Shown: positions 1 to 9,873, numbered from the stretch's first letter. The stretch is 64,000 bases of DNA from an uncultured Kiloniellaceae bacterium (GCA_964194935.1 CAXMOL010000106.1:2058-66057); one strand, 5' to 3'. Notes: a model not told the origin generated them from the sequence alone. Translations and numbers: made by a program.

Positions 1-122
1 TACGCCGCGGTTGAGGTTCCTTGTCCGGTGACGACGAGGCGGCGTCCTGCCATCGCACTCTCTCGTTGGGGCGCAGGACGGTAGTCGGTGGACTGAGCTG
101 ATCCGACTGCTTCAATGACCCG

Positions 123-1103
123 ATGACGCAGTTCCTGCAAGGCGTGTCGGTGCCGGTACGTCCCGAGATTCCGACCGTGTTTGCTCGCGAGTGGTTGCGC
201 CTTGCTGCGCCGGGATCCGCTTGGGATGGGCGCCAGCGTGTCGAGATTGCTGCGGCGGCTCGGGCGTCTCGTCACGGCGCATTGGAGTCGGGCCCTTTCC
301 TGCCGGCTGTCGCCACTTCGGCCGCCGCGATGCTCGGGTCGACGCCGGGACGCGCTACTCGAATCTGGGCCGAGTCGGTCATTTCGACCATCGGCTCGAC
401 GGCATACGTGGAACTAGTCGGCGTGGTGGCCCGTGCATCTGCGGTCGATTCGTTCCATCGGTCGTTGGGGGCGACGGAGCCGACACTTCCTGAGCCCCAA
501 GCAGGTGAGCCGTCGGGAGAACAGGACCTCGCGGCCCGCCCCAGTGCAGCGTGGGTGCCGATGGTTGGTGGAGCATCGATCGTGCAGGCGCTTAGTGCGG
601 TGCCCTCCGAATCCGAGGCGCAGGAGGACATGCATGGGCAGCTCTACCTGACCTATGGACAAATGCAGGACCTGCAGTTTGTGCGTGGTCTTGCCAGGCC
701 GCAGATGGAGTTGGTGGCGGCGCGCACCTCGGCATTGAACGAGTGCTTCTACTGAGTCTTGGCGCACAGCCAGATGCTCCGTGCGAGCAGCGAAATCGCC
801 AACATACCTTTCGACCCAAGGTCCATCACGGACCCGTCGATCGATCCACTGCTCGCAGGCGGCCGGGCCCTTATACGGTTTACCGACGCAGCAGTCGGGT
901 CGGATGACCCCGCCGACGCCAGATCATTGCTGGCGGAGTTGCTGGGCTCTGCGGCGGTGGTGGACGCCGCCGGGGTAGTAGCCAATTTCGAAATGATGAA
1001 CCGCGTCGCCGAGGGGACCGGGATGCCGGTTGGTAAGGGGACTCTGGCTCGGACCGAGGAGTGGCGAATGCTCATCGGGCTCGATCGATACCGTCATGAC
1101 TGA
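123..1103 (+). CDS. AhpD/carboxymuconolactone-decarboxylase (CMD) family protein. The frame is continuous except for one in-frame TGA at 756-758, so this is a selenoprotein candidate or a pseudogene.
   Basis: ORFs 123..755 and 759..1103 are in the same frame and separated only by TGA. Across the junction the protein reads ...MELVAARTSALNECFY-[TGA]-VLAHSQMLRASSE, which matches the CMD/AhpD core motif ELV..R.S.iNGCxYCxxxH with TGA exactly at the second Cys. The true start may lie downstream of 123, because the N-terminal region is low-complexity Ala/Arg-rich. Confidence 0.5.
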
Positions 1104-1172
1104 CCAGCGCAACTGGGCCCGGCCGAGCTAGCCCAGAGCCTCAGATCTACTGTCACCCCGGTGCAGTCGAGG

Positions 1173-2873
1173 CTATGCCGGTCGGTACGGCAGGTAGTAG
1201 GGCTCCCATGAAGCCCGGCTTACAGCAGCTACAGGGTCGAGCAGCGGCTCGGCGACGCCTTCGGCTACCGCGGCGTCGATGACGGCGAGGGCGACCTTGA
1301 GCGAGACGCCCCGCACGTCAGTGATTGCCGGGAACAGGCCCCCCTGTTTGAGGCGATCGTCGCTGACCTCGTTGGCGAGGGTCTTTGACGCAGCAAGAAA
1401 CATCCCAAGCGTTATGCGTTTGGCGCGAGACACGACGGCTCCGAGACCCACACCCGGGAAGACGAATACGTTGTTCGCCTGTCCGATCAGATGCCGGGTC
1501 CCGTCGTGGGTCACATCATCGAACGGACTGCCCGTGCCCACCAGCGCCCGACCCTCGGACCAGGCCAGGATGTCGGACGGCGTTGCCTCACTAAACGTTG
1601 TGGGGTTGGACAGAGGCATGACGATCGGTCGATCATGGGTCTTGGCCATGGTCCTGATCATCGGCTCGGTAAAGGTGCCCGGTTGACCGGTGACTCCGAC
1701 GAGGACGGATGGAGTATGGCCGCGGATGGTGGCCTCGAGATCGAGGAGGTCGCCCTGGCCTTCCCAGCCTGCGACGACGCTCGGCTGAGCGGCGAATTGG
1801 GCCTTGCGATCGTCGAGACCTTGACGGCCTGCCACGATCAGCCCCTTGCTGTCGGTGAGGATTATCCGTCGATGGGCCTCGCCGCGTCCGATCCCCTCTT
1901 GTTCCATGGCAGAGCGGATTTGGCGGGCGATCCCGATCCCAGCGGATCCGGCCCCAGCGATCACCACCCTTTGGTCGGACACGCGTTCGCCGAGCAGTCT
2001 CATTGCGGCCAGGAGACCTCCGACGACCATCGCTGCCGTGCCCTGGATGTCGTCGTTGAATGACGGGAGAACATCGCGGTACATATCGAGATGACGGAAC
2101 GAAGTCAGATTGGCAAAGTCTTCCCACTGCAGAATCGCTGCCGGGAAGACTCGCTGTACGGCCTCAACGAACTCGTCGACGAGTGACCAGTAGTCCGCGC
2201 CGCGCAAACGCGGTTGGCGAACTCCGAGATACAGCGGATCGTCGAGCAATTCCTCGTTGTTGGTTCCCACGTCCAGCGACACCGGCAGGCATAGTGAGGG
2301 ATGGATACCTGCCCCCGCCGTGTACAGCGCAAGTTTTCCGATCGGGATGCCCATCCCTCCGGCACCCTGGTCTCCGATTCCCAGGATCCGCTCGTTATCG
2401 GTTGCAACTATGACCGCCGCCTCCCGCATGGATGCGTTGCGCAGGAGCATGTCGATGCGTCCCCGATCTCCCGGGGTCACGTATATCCCGCGACCTCGGC
2501 GGAAAATCTTGCTCCAATGCCGACACGCCTCGGCAACTGTGGGGGTGTAGATGAGGGGCACAGTCGCGGTGAGGTTGTCGAGAATCGTCCGATAGAAGAG
2601 CGTCTCGTTGCGATCCTGTAGTCCGGCCAAGTAGATGTGCTTCTGGAGATTGGCTTCTTTGTGGGCGATCTGATCCAGGGCACGCTCGACCTGTTCGGCG
2701 AGCGTCGACACGTGGGTCGGCAGCAAGCCGAGGACGCCGAGCGATTCCCTTTCCTGAGCAGAAAATGCGGTTCCCTTGTTGAGCAGAGGCTCGTCCAGCA
2801 AATGGCGCCCCCGCTCGGCGACCGGTAGGTATCGCTCGCCCGTAACCGCGTCGATCGCTGGCTGGTAGCGCAT
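1173..2873 (-). CDS. NAD(P)-dependent malic enzyme (malate dehydrogenase, oxaloacetate-decarboxylating)
   Basis: 566 aa. The N-terminus has the LNKGTAFS malic-enzyme signature, Rossmann GAGSAGIGIA, and full-length similarity to the malic enzyme family. Confidence 0.9.
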   Translation of the reverse strand: MRYQPAIDAVTGERYLPVAERGRHLLDEPLLNKGTAFSAQERESLGVLGLLPTHVSTLAEQVERALDQIAHKEANLQKHIYLAGLQDRNETLFYRTILDNLTATVPLIYTPTVAEACRHWSKIFRRGRGIYVTPGDRGRIDMLLRNASMREAAVIVATDNERILGIGDQGAGGMGIPIGKLALYTAGAGIHPSLCLPVSLDVGTNNEELLDDPLYLGVRQPRLRGADYWSLVDEFVEAVQRVFPAAILQWEDFANLTSFRHLDMYRDVLPSFNDDIQGTAAMVVGGLLAAMRLLGERVSDQRVVIAGAGSAGIGIARQIRSAMEQEGIGRGEAHRRIILTDSKGLIVAGRQGLDDRKAQFAAQPSVVAGWEGQGDLLDLEATIRGHTPSVLVGVTGQPGTFTEPMIRTMAKTHDRPIVMPLSNPTTFSEATPSDILAWSEGRALVGTGSPFDDVTHDGTRHLIGQANNVFVFPGVGLGAVVSRAKRITLGMFLAASKTLANEVSDDRLKQGGLFPAITDVRGVSLKVALAVIDAAVAEGVAEPLLDPVAAVSRASWEPYYLPYRPA

Positions 2874-2939
2874 ATCAGGAGACTACCGATGTGGTCTGCG
2901 GAGCCGTTGGATCGCCGACGTGAATGTCCGATCGCCTGA

Positions 2940-3881
2940 TTACTGCTGACTGGCGAGGCGTCTGAGCGCTGCTGATAAATCTTGATGCAAGAGCCGAACC
3001 GATTTGGCCGGCCAGGTCTCGGATTCTGCTCGAAGAAACGACGTCCGGTCGGTGCGGTTGTCGAAGCGCTGTATCGGGATGTCGATCGATCCGATCGGGA
3101 TCGTCCCGGGAAGACGGGCCTCGGTCTCGAGCCAGACCATGTCGTCGGTTCCGTAGTTCTGAAGCATCACCTCTTCGGGAACTCCGTGGTGCAGAATCGA
3201 GGCGTCACCTTCTTTTCCCGGCATCGCCCGATCCCGGTTGCGCCGCCGACTTTCCGCCGGTTCCACCCAGACGTAGAGGATCGAGCATCTCGAGCGAATC
3301 TCACCGGCCAGTGCACCGATTGAGGAGGCGTATCCGAGTGGGTGGGGGAGCGGTAGGTCTGCGCCCTGGGGCCCGCCTCTGGCGAACTCGATGACGACCG
3401 TGGAGCCCTGGTCGGCTCTTTTGATTGGTTGAAGGTTGGCCACGTCGTCGGTGATCTGGAGTTCGACAGCTTTGCGGACTCGTCGATCGAGCGCTTCGAA
3501 AGGTGCAGCAGTACCGGCAAGGACTCGGGCCCGATCGAAGCGATGCAGCAATTCCGATGGGGACTGCTTGTGCCCTCCGGCTCCCACCATCAATGAGAAG
3601 TCCTCGTTCAGGAGGTGGATGAGCGTCAGCCAGTCGTTGGGATCTAGCCAGGGTGATTCGTCGGATTCGAAGAAGACCGGGTCTTCTCCCAGCGCCCTCA
3701 ATTCCTCGGAGATTCGGCGCATGAGGTGGACATATGGGTAGTCGTCGAGTTGAGCCGTGGGGCCGAGCGCCATGTCCCGAAGAGCGGAGGACGGGTCGAG
3801 ATGATCGAGATATCGGCGCACCTCCGACTTGCCCGACGCCGGCAGCGCCAGCAATAAAAGGACGTCGATTGGATCTGGCAC
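2940..3881 (-). CDS. Hypothetical P-loop NTPase/kinase-like protein
   Basis: 313 aa ORF with an N-terminal Walker-A-like LALPASGKSE. No further family is recognisable from sequence alone. Confidence 0.45.
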   Translation of the reverse strand: MPDPIDVLLLLALPASGKSEVRRYLDHLDPSSALRDMALGPTAQLDDYPYVHLMRRISEELRALGEDPVFFESDESPWLDPNDWLTLIHLLNEDFSLMVGAGGHKQSPSELLHRFDRARVLAGTAAPFEALDRRVRKAVELQITDDVANLQPIKRADQGSTVVIEFARGGPQGADLPLPHPLGYASSIGALAGEIRSRCSILYVWVEPAESRRRNRDRAMPGKEGDASILHHGVPEEVMLQNYGTDDMVWLETEARLPGTIPIGSIDIPIQRFDNRTDRTSFLRAESETWPAKSVRLLHQDLSAALRRLASQQ

Positions 3882-3912
3882 GGTGCGATGATGCCATGCT
3901 CGTGATGGTCAC

Positions 3913-5103
3913 ATGCTGAAATCGCAACAGATGAGAAAACGGATCGCTCTCCATCTGTCGGTTCTGATCATCGGCGGCGCCGTGATCAGAGTCGCTGTTG
4001 TTCCCGCTGAGGTTTGTCCTCCAGTGACGGCACTCGAGGTTTCTGCCTCTATCGAGGCCGCCACGACGTGGCTGGTCGGGGGAATGGCCGACGATGGCAC
4101 GTACACCTATGGCTTCGATCGCAACGAAGATGTCATCAATCAGGGCTACAACTACGCCCGACATGGCGGTGTCACCATGGCGCTCTATCAGGCGTACGAG
4201 GTCATCGGTGATCCCGACCTCCTTGCCGCGGCCGATAGAGGGCTGGCTCACGCCCTCAACGACATAGTCGAGCACGGTGGCTGGATGGGATGGCAGCCCG
4301 GCGGGGATATCCCGCTCGGCGCCAACGGTTTGCTGTTGGCGGCGCTTTCGATTCGACGTAGGGCCACCGGCGACCCGATTCATGATGAGTTGATGCGCGG
4401 CATTGGCCGGTTCTTGGTGGGCCAGCAACAGGAGAACGGGAGCATCTTTGCCTCCTGGGACATCCGTGCGGAAGAGCCGCGGGAGTCGTTCGGTCCGTTT
4501 GCCACCGGTGAGGCTGCGTGGGCACTTGCCCTACTCGATCGTCAGATGCCGGGCGAGGGGTGGGGAGACGCAGCCGGGCTGACCCTTGACTACATGGGTG
4601 AGGACCGCAACCGCCTTGAAGGCTACGCCACAAGCCTGCCTGATCACTGGGCTGCATATACGGTCAGCGATATTCGCCCCGATCTGCTCACGACGGGCCG
4701 CGTTGAGTACGCCAGGCGCCTCGCCGGCTATTTCGGGATTCGGTTGCGGTTCGAGGCGCAGCGCCGTGGGGACGGGATCAACCTCTGGTTGCGTTGGTAT
4801 CCGGGTCCACCAGCAGGGGTTGGCACAGCCGGTGAGGGGATTGGGGCACTGCATCGGCTCAGCGTCGAGGAACCGCGTCTGGCGGATCTGACCGCGGCGA
4901 TTGAGGAGCGATTGGTGTGCACTGCCGGGTTCATGGTCCGGCGTCAGATCTCGGCAGACGAGGCCACTGGTGGGGCGACGACGTCACTGGAGTCGGGAGC
5001 CTGGTTCTATCGGGGCTATACCCAGATGGATGATCAGCAGCACGTGTTGTCGGCGCTTCTGTCGGCGCTTCCCGTGCTGGAGGCGATGGAGGAGGTTGGA
5101 TGA
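3913..5103 (+). CDS. Hypothetical membrane-anchored protein, possibly with an alpha/alpha-toroid (prenyltransferase/squalene-cyclase-like) repeat fold
   Basis: 396 aa. An N-terminal hydrophobic segment (LHLSVLIIGGAVI) is followed by Gly/Trp-rich repeats (GGWMGWQPGG, QQQENGSIFASWD, GEAAWALALL) resembling QW-type toroid repeats. The start may be the second ATG at 3931. An ATGA overlap with the next gene suggests translational coupling. Confidence 0.45.
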   Translation: MLKSQQMRKRIALHLSVLIIGGAVIRVAVVPAEVCPPVTALEVSASIEAATTWLVGGMADDGTYTYGFDRNEDVINQGYNYARHGGVTMALYQAYEVIGDPDLLAAADRGLAHALNDIVEHGGWMGWQPGGDIPLGANGLLLAALSIRRRATGDPIHDELMRGIGRFLVGQQQENGSIFASWDIRAEEPRESFGPFATGEAAWALALLDRQMPGEGWGDAAGLTLDYMGEDRNRLEGYATSLPDHWAAYTVSDIRPDLLTTGRVEYARRLAGYFGIRLRFEAQRRGDGINLWLRWYPGPPAGVGTAGEGIGALHRLSVEEPRLADLTAAIEERLVCTAGFMVRRQISADEATGGATTSLESGAWFYRGYTQMDDQQHVLSALLSALPVLEAMEEVG

Positions 5104-5654
5104 ATGGGCTGCTGATGCTCGTCGCCTACATGGCGGCGCTGAACCCGATGCGGACTCGGCTGGGAGTGCCTGAGCACTCGGATGGAAAGGCCCGGATGGG
5201 CCCGCTGGCATCCGGAGCCGCGATTGGTCTGGGCGCCTTGCTCGCGTTGGCGGCTCTGGCGCGATCGTTGCTGGACGCTCTAGAGATTTCTCCGGAGACC
5301 TTCCGAATTGCTGCCGGTTTGGTACTTGTGATCGTTGCCGCCCGGATGCTCTTCGTTTCGGTGCCGCCCGCTGAGCCAGTTCCCGACGGCTTTGGAGCCG
5401 CGCTGTGGCCTGTGGCTTTTCCGAGGGTGATTTCCCCGGAGACAATCACCCTCGTGCTCACTTCCGCTGCGTCGGACGGGGTGGGTGCGATGTTGCCCGG
5501 GCTGGTGTCGGCGTCTGTGGCCTTGGTCGCTTTGGGTCTGATCCGGACGGGTTCGCTGAGCGAACGGGTCCTGGCGAATCTGGGACGAGTGTTGGCGGTC
5601 GCACTGGTGCTTGTCGGCATCTGGTTGGCACTCCAAGGCGTGCGCGAGGTCTAG
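5100..5654 (+). CDS. MarC/UPF0056 family integral membrane protein
   Basis: 184 aa multi-TM protein. The N-terminus LLMLVAYMAALNPMRT carries the conserved NP motif typical of MarC-family proteins. Its start overlaps the stop of the upstream gene (ATGA). Confidence 0.55.
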   Translation: MNGLLMLVAYMAALNPMRTRLGVPEHSDGKARMGPLASGAAIGLGALLALAALARSLLDALEISPETFRIAAGLVLVIVAARMLFVSVPPAEPVPDGFGAALWPVAFPRVISPETITLVLTSAASDGVGAMLPGLVSASVALVALGLIRTGSLSERVLANLGRVLAVALVLVGIWLALQGVREV

Positions 5655-5663
5655 CGTGTCGAC

Positions 5664-6533
5664 ATGAAAGAGTTCTCGCTCATCGGCGTGCCTTTTGACG
5701 GCGCTGCAACGCTAGGCAGGCCTGGATCTCGATACGCACCGGACGAGGTGCGGCGCCACCTCGACTGGATGAAGATGCGGGTCGAGGACGGTCAGATCTA
5801 CTGGATAGATCGTGACGAGATCGTGCCCTTTGAACCGAGCGCCTTGCATGACGTCGGCGACGCTTCTGTGGTTCCGCATGACCTTATGGCGACGATCGAG
5901 GCGACCCGTTCCAAGGTGAGGGGAGAAGCGAAGAACGGTCGAGTACCGGTGGTGATCGGAGGCGACGACTCGGTCTTCTTCCCAGCCGCAGCCGGGGTCC
6001 ATGACGCCGTCGGAGGGTCGGTGGCGATTGTGCACTTCGATGCCCATCTCGATTTGCTCGACCACAGCGAGTCCCAAGGCACTCACAGCCAATCGAGCGG
6101 GATGAGGCGATCACTCGAGTTGGACCGGGTAGATGCCCGACACTGTGTCCAGGTCGGTACCAGGAACTTCAACTTTCCGTCATCCAAGCTGTTTATCGAC
6201 GAGATCGGACTCACCGAACTCACCGCCACGAAGGTTCTATCGCAGCCCTCTGAGGCGACGGTGGAACAGATACTCGGGGTCATCGGCGACGCAGATCATC
6301 TGGTGGTATCGGTCGACATCGACGTGCTCGATCCGGCGTTCGCTCCGGGAGTCGGCTGGCAGGAGCCGGGCGGTCTGTCGTCGCGCCTGCTGCTCGATCT
6401 GATGCTGCCGCTGGCCAACCGTGCGGACGGGTTTGCACTAAACGAGGTCAATCCGATGACGGATCAAGGGTCGCAAACGACGATCCTTGCAGCCAACCTC
6501 GTGTTCCAGTTCGTGGTGGCGGCCGGGCTCTAA
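5664..6533 (+). CDS. Arginase-family ureohydrolase (agmatinase/formiminoglutamase-like)
   Basis: Metal-binding motifs of the arginase fold are present: GGDDS (GGDHS-like), HFDAHLDL and SVDIDVLDP. Confidence 0.8.
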   Translation: MKEFSLIGVPFDGAATLGRPGSRYAPDEVRRHLDWMKMRVEDGQIYWIDRDEIVPFEPSALHDVGDASVVPHDLMATIEATRSKVRGEAKNGRVPVVIGGDDSVFFPAAAGVHDAVGGSVAIVHFDAHLDLLDHSESQGTHSQSSGMRRSLELDRVDARHCVQVGTRNFNFPSSKLFIDEIGLTELTATKVLSQPSEATVEQILGVIGDADHLVVSVDIDVLDPAFAPGVGWQEPGGLSSRLLLDLMLPLANRADGFALNEVNPMTDQGSQTTILAANLVFQFVVAAGL

Positions 6534-8284
6534 CAGCTCTTGAGCTTCCACAGCCCTTGGTAGCGCTCGACCCAGCGTTCGGTCGTCTTGGTGCCATCCG
6601 GGTAGGTGATGTAGCGGTACACGGTCACGGTCCAGCCGGGTGATCCCTTCTGGAATACGGTCCCCGATGGTGCGTCGTTGGGAACGCAGCCACCATCTTT
6701 GATGCCGCTGTGGTTGTACCGACCCGACAGCCCGGCTTCGACATCGATCCCACCGTTGTCTCCGTAGAACTTTACGGTGATCGAAGTGTCGGTGTGTGAT
6801 GTCTCGATCACGATCACCGAATCGGTGTTGTTGCGAAACACCAGGTCCGGGTTGGGGAAACCCAGCGTGGCTTCGCGGCCCTCGGGGTAGCGGCTGAACC
6901 AAGCTGTGTGTTTGAAGTGGTAGACGTCTTCGACGCCGGAGAAGAAGATTGCGTTGTACATGGTGGTGGTGAATTGACTCGTCCCACCGCCGATGCAAAT
7001 CGGGCCCTCGTCCACGATTTCGCCGCGCAAAAGAGCTCCGGCGCACACGTAGCCGTTCCTGACGAAGCGCTGCCCGACGTGTGCGTTCAAGGAGAAGACC
7101 TCGCCGGGCATCACCCAAGCGCCGTCCACGTCGTCGGCGATCTGTTGGATGTTGGTCACCCTCGCCTGGCAGCACGAGTGGTGGGTGGTGAACTCGCCGA
7201 TCAGTTCCTTTACACCAAAGGCCTCGACGTCAGCGGTGGATAGATCCGCTTCCCGTCCGGCGTGATAGGGCATCTCAGCTACCCGGGTATCAACGTTGAC
7301 CGCGGTCCATGCAGCCTCGACCAAACCAGTTGGATCCGGCTCCTGGACCGGAACGCTGGGGGTGACAGAAACGACGTCTTCGACCTCATCGATGACGAGC
7401 TCGGCGTCCGACGGATCCGTTTCGAGATACGGCGCAAAGGCGGCGATGTAGTTGAGAACGGTGCCGTCATCAAACTTCATCTCGAATTTCGGTACCCCGT
7501 CCTCGGTGTCGTCGAGGCGTTGCACGATCAGTGCGTCGGCCAGGACAGAACGGGGGATGTTGATTTCCCGACCCAATTCGGTCGCTTGCAGTGTTACGGG
7601 TCCGGCGAGAATTGTGGCAATCCGATCGACGACTGCATCGATATCGGCTTCACCGAGAACAGCCTGGATTTGCCTAGTGGGCAACTCGATGGCGCTGCGG
7701 GAGCGATCTGTGAGGACCGCGTCGACTGCCGCGACGGCCATGTCCATCTCGATGCCGGTGCCGCTGCGTGGGTATGAGTACACGATCGACCCGTCGTCGA
7801 CCGAGACGTCACCGGGGTGCGCCGGATCCGAAATGCCGTTCATCTGCCAGTCGAGGATCGCTGCCTCGAGCGCTGCGGCGTCGTAGGTATACGGGGTAGC
7901 GATCTCGGCGTCGGCGTTGCCGAAGTGACCGAGCCACCAGCCGGCTTGGACGAATACGCTGCCGCTACGACCGTTGTCCAAGGCCGCGTCGACAATCGCG
8001 TGTTCGTCGATTTCGAATCCGACTGTCGTCGGATCAAGGCTGAAGACTCTGCCGGCCACAACGACGGGGATTGGTGTCGCGGCCAGTTCCTGTTCCATCG
8101 CTCGTACCCGCTCGAGAGCTTCGAATTCATCGAGTCCGCCGAGTTCGACACCATTTACGGTGACGTCTCCCAGGACCTCACCACCGTTGGTGGCGCGATC
8201 GATCCCGAAAAGGAATAGGGCTCCGCCGACAATCGAGCCGAGCGCGATCAGGAATCCGAGTAGCAGGCGGTTGGAACGAGTCAC
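6530..8284 (-). CDS. VanW-family protein (N-terminal TM anchor, C-terminal VanW domain)
   Basis: 584 aa. N-terminal TM LLLGFLIALGSIVGGALFLF. The C-terminal region (GGGTSQFTTTMYNAIFFSG...) resembles the VanW domain. Its stop overlaps the convergent arginase-family gene stop by 3-4 nt. Confidence 0.7.
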   Translation of the reverse strand: MTRSNRLLLGFLIALGSIVGGALFLFGIDRATNGGEVLGDVTVNGVELGGLDEFEALERVRAMEQELAATPIPVVVAGRVFSLDPTTVGFEIDEHAIVDAALDNGRSGSVFVQAGWWLGHFGNADAEIATPYTYDAAALEAAILDWQMNGISDPAHPGDVSVDDGSIVYSYPRSGTGIEMDMAVAAVDAVLTDRSRSAIELPTRQIQAVLGEADIDAVVDRIATILAGPVTLQATELGREINIPRSVLADALIVQRLDDTEDGVPKFEMKFDDGTVLNYIAAFAPYLETDPSDAELVIDEVEDVVSVTPSVPVQEPDPTGLVEAAWTAVNVDTRVAEMPYHAGREADLSTADVEAFGVKELIGEFTTHHSCCQARVTNIQQIADDVDGAWVMPGEVFSLNAHVGQRFVRNGYVCAGALLRGEIVDEGPICIGGGTSQFTTTMYNAIFFSGVEDVYHFKHTAWFSRYPEGREATLGFPNPDLVFRNNTDSVIVIETSHTDTSITVKFYGDNGGIDVEAGLSGRYNHSGIKDGGCVPNDAPSGTVFQKGSPGWTVTVYRYITYPDGTKTTERWVERYQGLWKLKSC

Positions 8285-8327
8285 GGAGGCGGGATTGTAC
8301 TGAGCCGGAGGGGTTGCGGGTTAGGAA

Positions 8328-8792
8328 TCAGTCGGCCGAGATGTTGCGCACCATGCGCTCTCCGTGACCTGATGCCTTTACGTTCCGCTTGGCGTGTTCG
8401 ACATCGCCTGAGGGCCCTATCACGAAGGTTGAGCGGATCAATCCCTCGTATTCCCTGCCGTAGTTCTTCTTGATCCCCCACGCGCCGTAAGAGGATGCAA
8501 CGGCGTGGTCTTCGTCGGATAGCAGGGGGAATGGAAGATCGTGTTTGGCGTGGAATTTGGCGAGCTTGGTGACCGGGTCGGGGCTGATGCCGGCGACCTT
8601 CCACCCTGCTTCGAGGAAGAGATCATGGCGGTCGCGCAAGTCACAGGCCTGGGTCGTGCATCCGGGGGTGAAGGCTTTCGGGTAGAAGTAGAGGAGCAGG
8701 TGCGATCCCGAGAAGTCGGTGAGGGCCGTCGGTTTGCCCTCGTGGTCGGAGAGGGTGAACTCTGGAGCCCGATCGCCGGCTTCGATGGTCAT
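8328..8792 (-). CDS. bcp: Peroxiredoxin Bcp (thiol peroxidase, PrxQ type)
   Basis: APEFTL...YFYPKAFTPGCTTQACDLRD is the PrxQ/Bcp active-site region. The start is taken at the internal ATG (MTIEAGD), since the upstream 31 residues of the tracked ORF are non-conserved. Confidence 0.85.
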   Translation of the reverse strand: MTIEAGDRAPEFTLSDHEGKPTALTDFSGSHLLLYFYPKAFTPGCTTQACDLRDRHDLFLEAGWKVAGISPDPVTKLAKFHAKHDLPFPLLSDEDHAVASSYGAWGIKKNYGREYEGLIRSTFVIGPSGDVEHAKRNVKASGHGERMVRNISAD

Positions 8793-8841
8793 GAGCTCTA
8801 CTCCTGTGTGGCGGACTCGGAGTCTGGTCGATCCGGCATTG

Positions 8842-9870
8842 CTATTCCGAAGCCGTGCGAACCCGTAGCTGGCCGCAGGCTGCATCGATTTCTGAGCCGC
8901 GCGTATTTCGAAGCGTCACGTTTGCGCCCTGGCGCCCGATCTCGTCGACGAACTGATGGATCCGGGCGTCGGGAGGCCGCTGTTGCGGTGCCAGTGGAGT
9001 CGGATTCATGGGGATGATGTTGATGTGTGCCCTGAGGTCACGAGCGATGGCGGCGAGGGCCCTTGCCTGGTCGGGCGTGTCGTTTATCCCGTCCATCAAC
9101 GTCCACTCCAATGTGACCCGTCGACCCTTGCCTTGGGTAAAGCGCCGCACTGCGGCGAGCAAATCATCGATCGGGTACCGAGCATTGAGCGGAACGAGCG
9201 ATTCTCGCAGTTCGTCGTTGGCGGCATGAAGGCTCAAGGCGAGGGTCACCGGCCAGGGCTCGTCTGCCAGTTGATTGATTCCGGGAACAACGCCGACCGT
9301 CGAGACGGTGATCGACCGTGCCGACATCCCCATCACCTCGACGAGGCGTCTTATGGCTTCTCGCACCCTCTTGTAGTTGGCGAGTGGTTCGCCCATCCCC
9401 ATGAACACCACGTTGGACACGCGTTGCGGTGAGCCTTCCATGGGGTGGTCGCGCAATGATGCCGTCGCATAGGCCACCTGCGCGGCGATTTCTCCCGCCT
9501 GGAGATGACGTTCGAAACCGAACTGACCGGTTGCGCAGAAGGTGCAGGCCATTGCACACCCTGCCTGGCTGCTGATGCACAGCGTTGTGCGACGTGGGTA
9601 CCCCATCAGGACCGCCTCTATGGCGGCTCCATCTGGAGCTCGGAACAACCACTTGCGGGTGCGGCCGCCGTCGGCCGATTGTTCGAGCTCGACCGAAAAG
9701 GGCCAGTGGGTTGGTCCGAGACGATCCCGGATCTGGGCCGGGAGATTGGTCATGTCGCTCGGTTCGAGCACCGGGTGTTCGTAGAGCCACTCTCGCACCT
9801 GATCGGTGCGGTAGCCGGGTTCATCTCCAAGCAGGTCACCCAGCTCCTCGGGAGCGATGAGGTAGGGCAA
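8842..9870 (-). CDS. rlmN: 23S rRNA (adenine2503-C2)/tRNA methyltransferase RlmN (radical SAM)
   Basis: 342 aa. The CISSQAGCAMACTFCATG radical-SAM CxxxCxxC cluster motif and the GMGEPLAN, IIPMNP signatures of RlmN/Cfr are present. Confidence 0.9.
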   Translation of the reverse strand: MPYLIAPEELGDLLGDEPGYRTDQVREWLYEHPVLEPSDMTNLPAQIRDRLGPTHWPFSVELEQSADGGRTRKWLFRAPDGAAIEAVLMGYPRRTTLCISSQAGCAMACTFCATGQFGFERHLQAGEIAAQVAYATASLRDHPMEGSPQRVSNVVFMGMGEPLANYKRVREAIRRLVEVMGMSARSITVSTVGVVPGINQLADEPWPVTLALSLHAANDELRESLVPLNARYPIDDLLAAVRRFTQGKGRRVTLEWTLMDGINDTPDQARALAAIARDLRAHINIIPMNPTPLAPQQRPPDARIHQFVDEIGRQGANVTLRNTRGSEIDAACGQLRVRTASE

Positions 9871-9873
9871 GGA

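Noticed and set aside
3301-4428. 375-aa ORF on the minus strand (and many similar long ORFs, e.g. 16619..17572, 34260..35954, 61365..62435, 25876..26619) overlapping or antisense to confidently assigned genes
   Set aside because: These are typical high-GC antisense or alternative-frame ORFs. They are Arg/Pro/Ser-rich, have no recognisable domains, and overlap strong homologue-supported genes on the other strand (kbl, atpG, DUF2207 and others).
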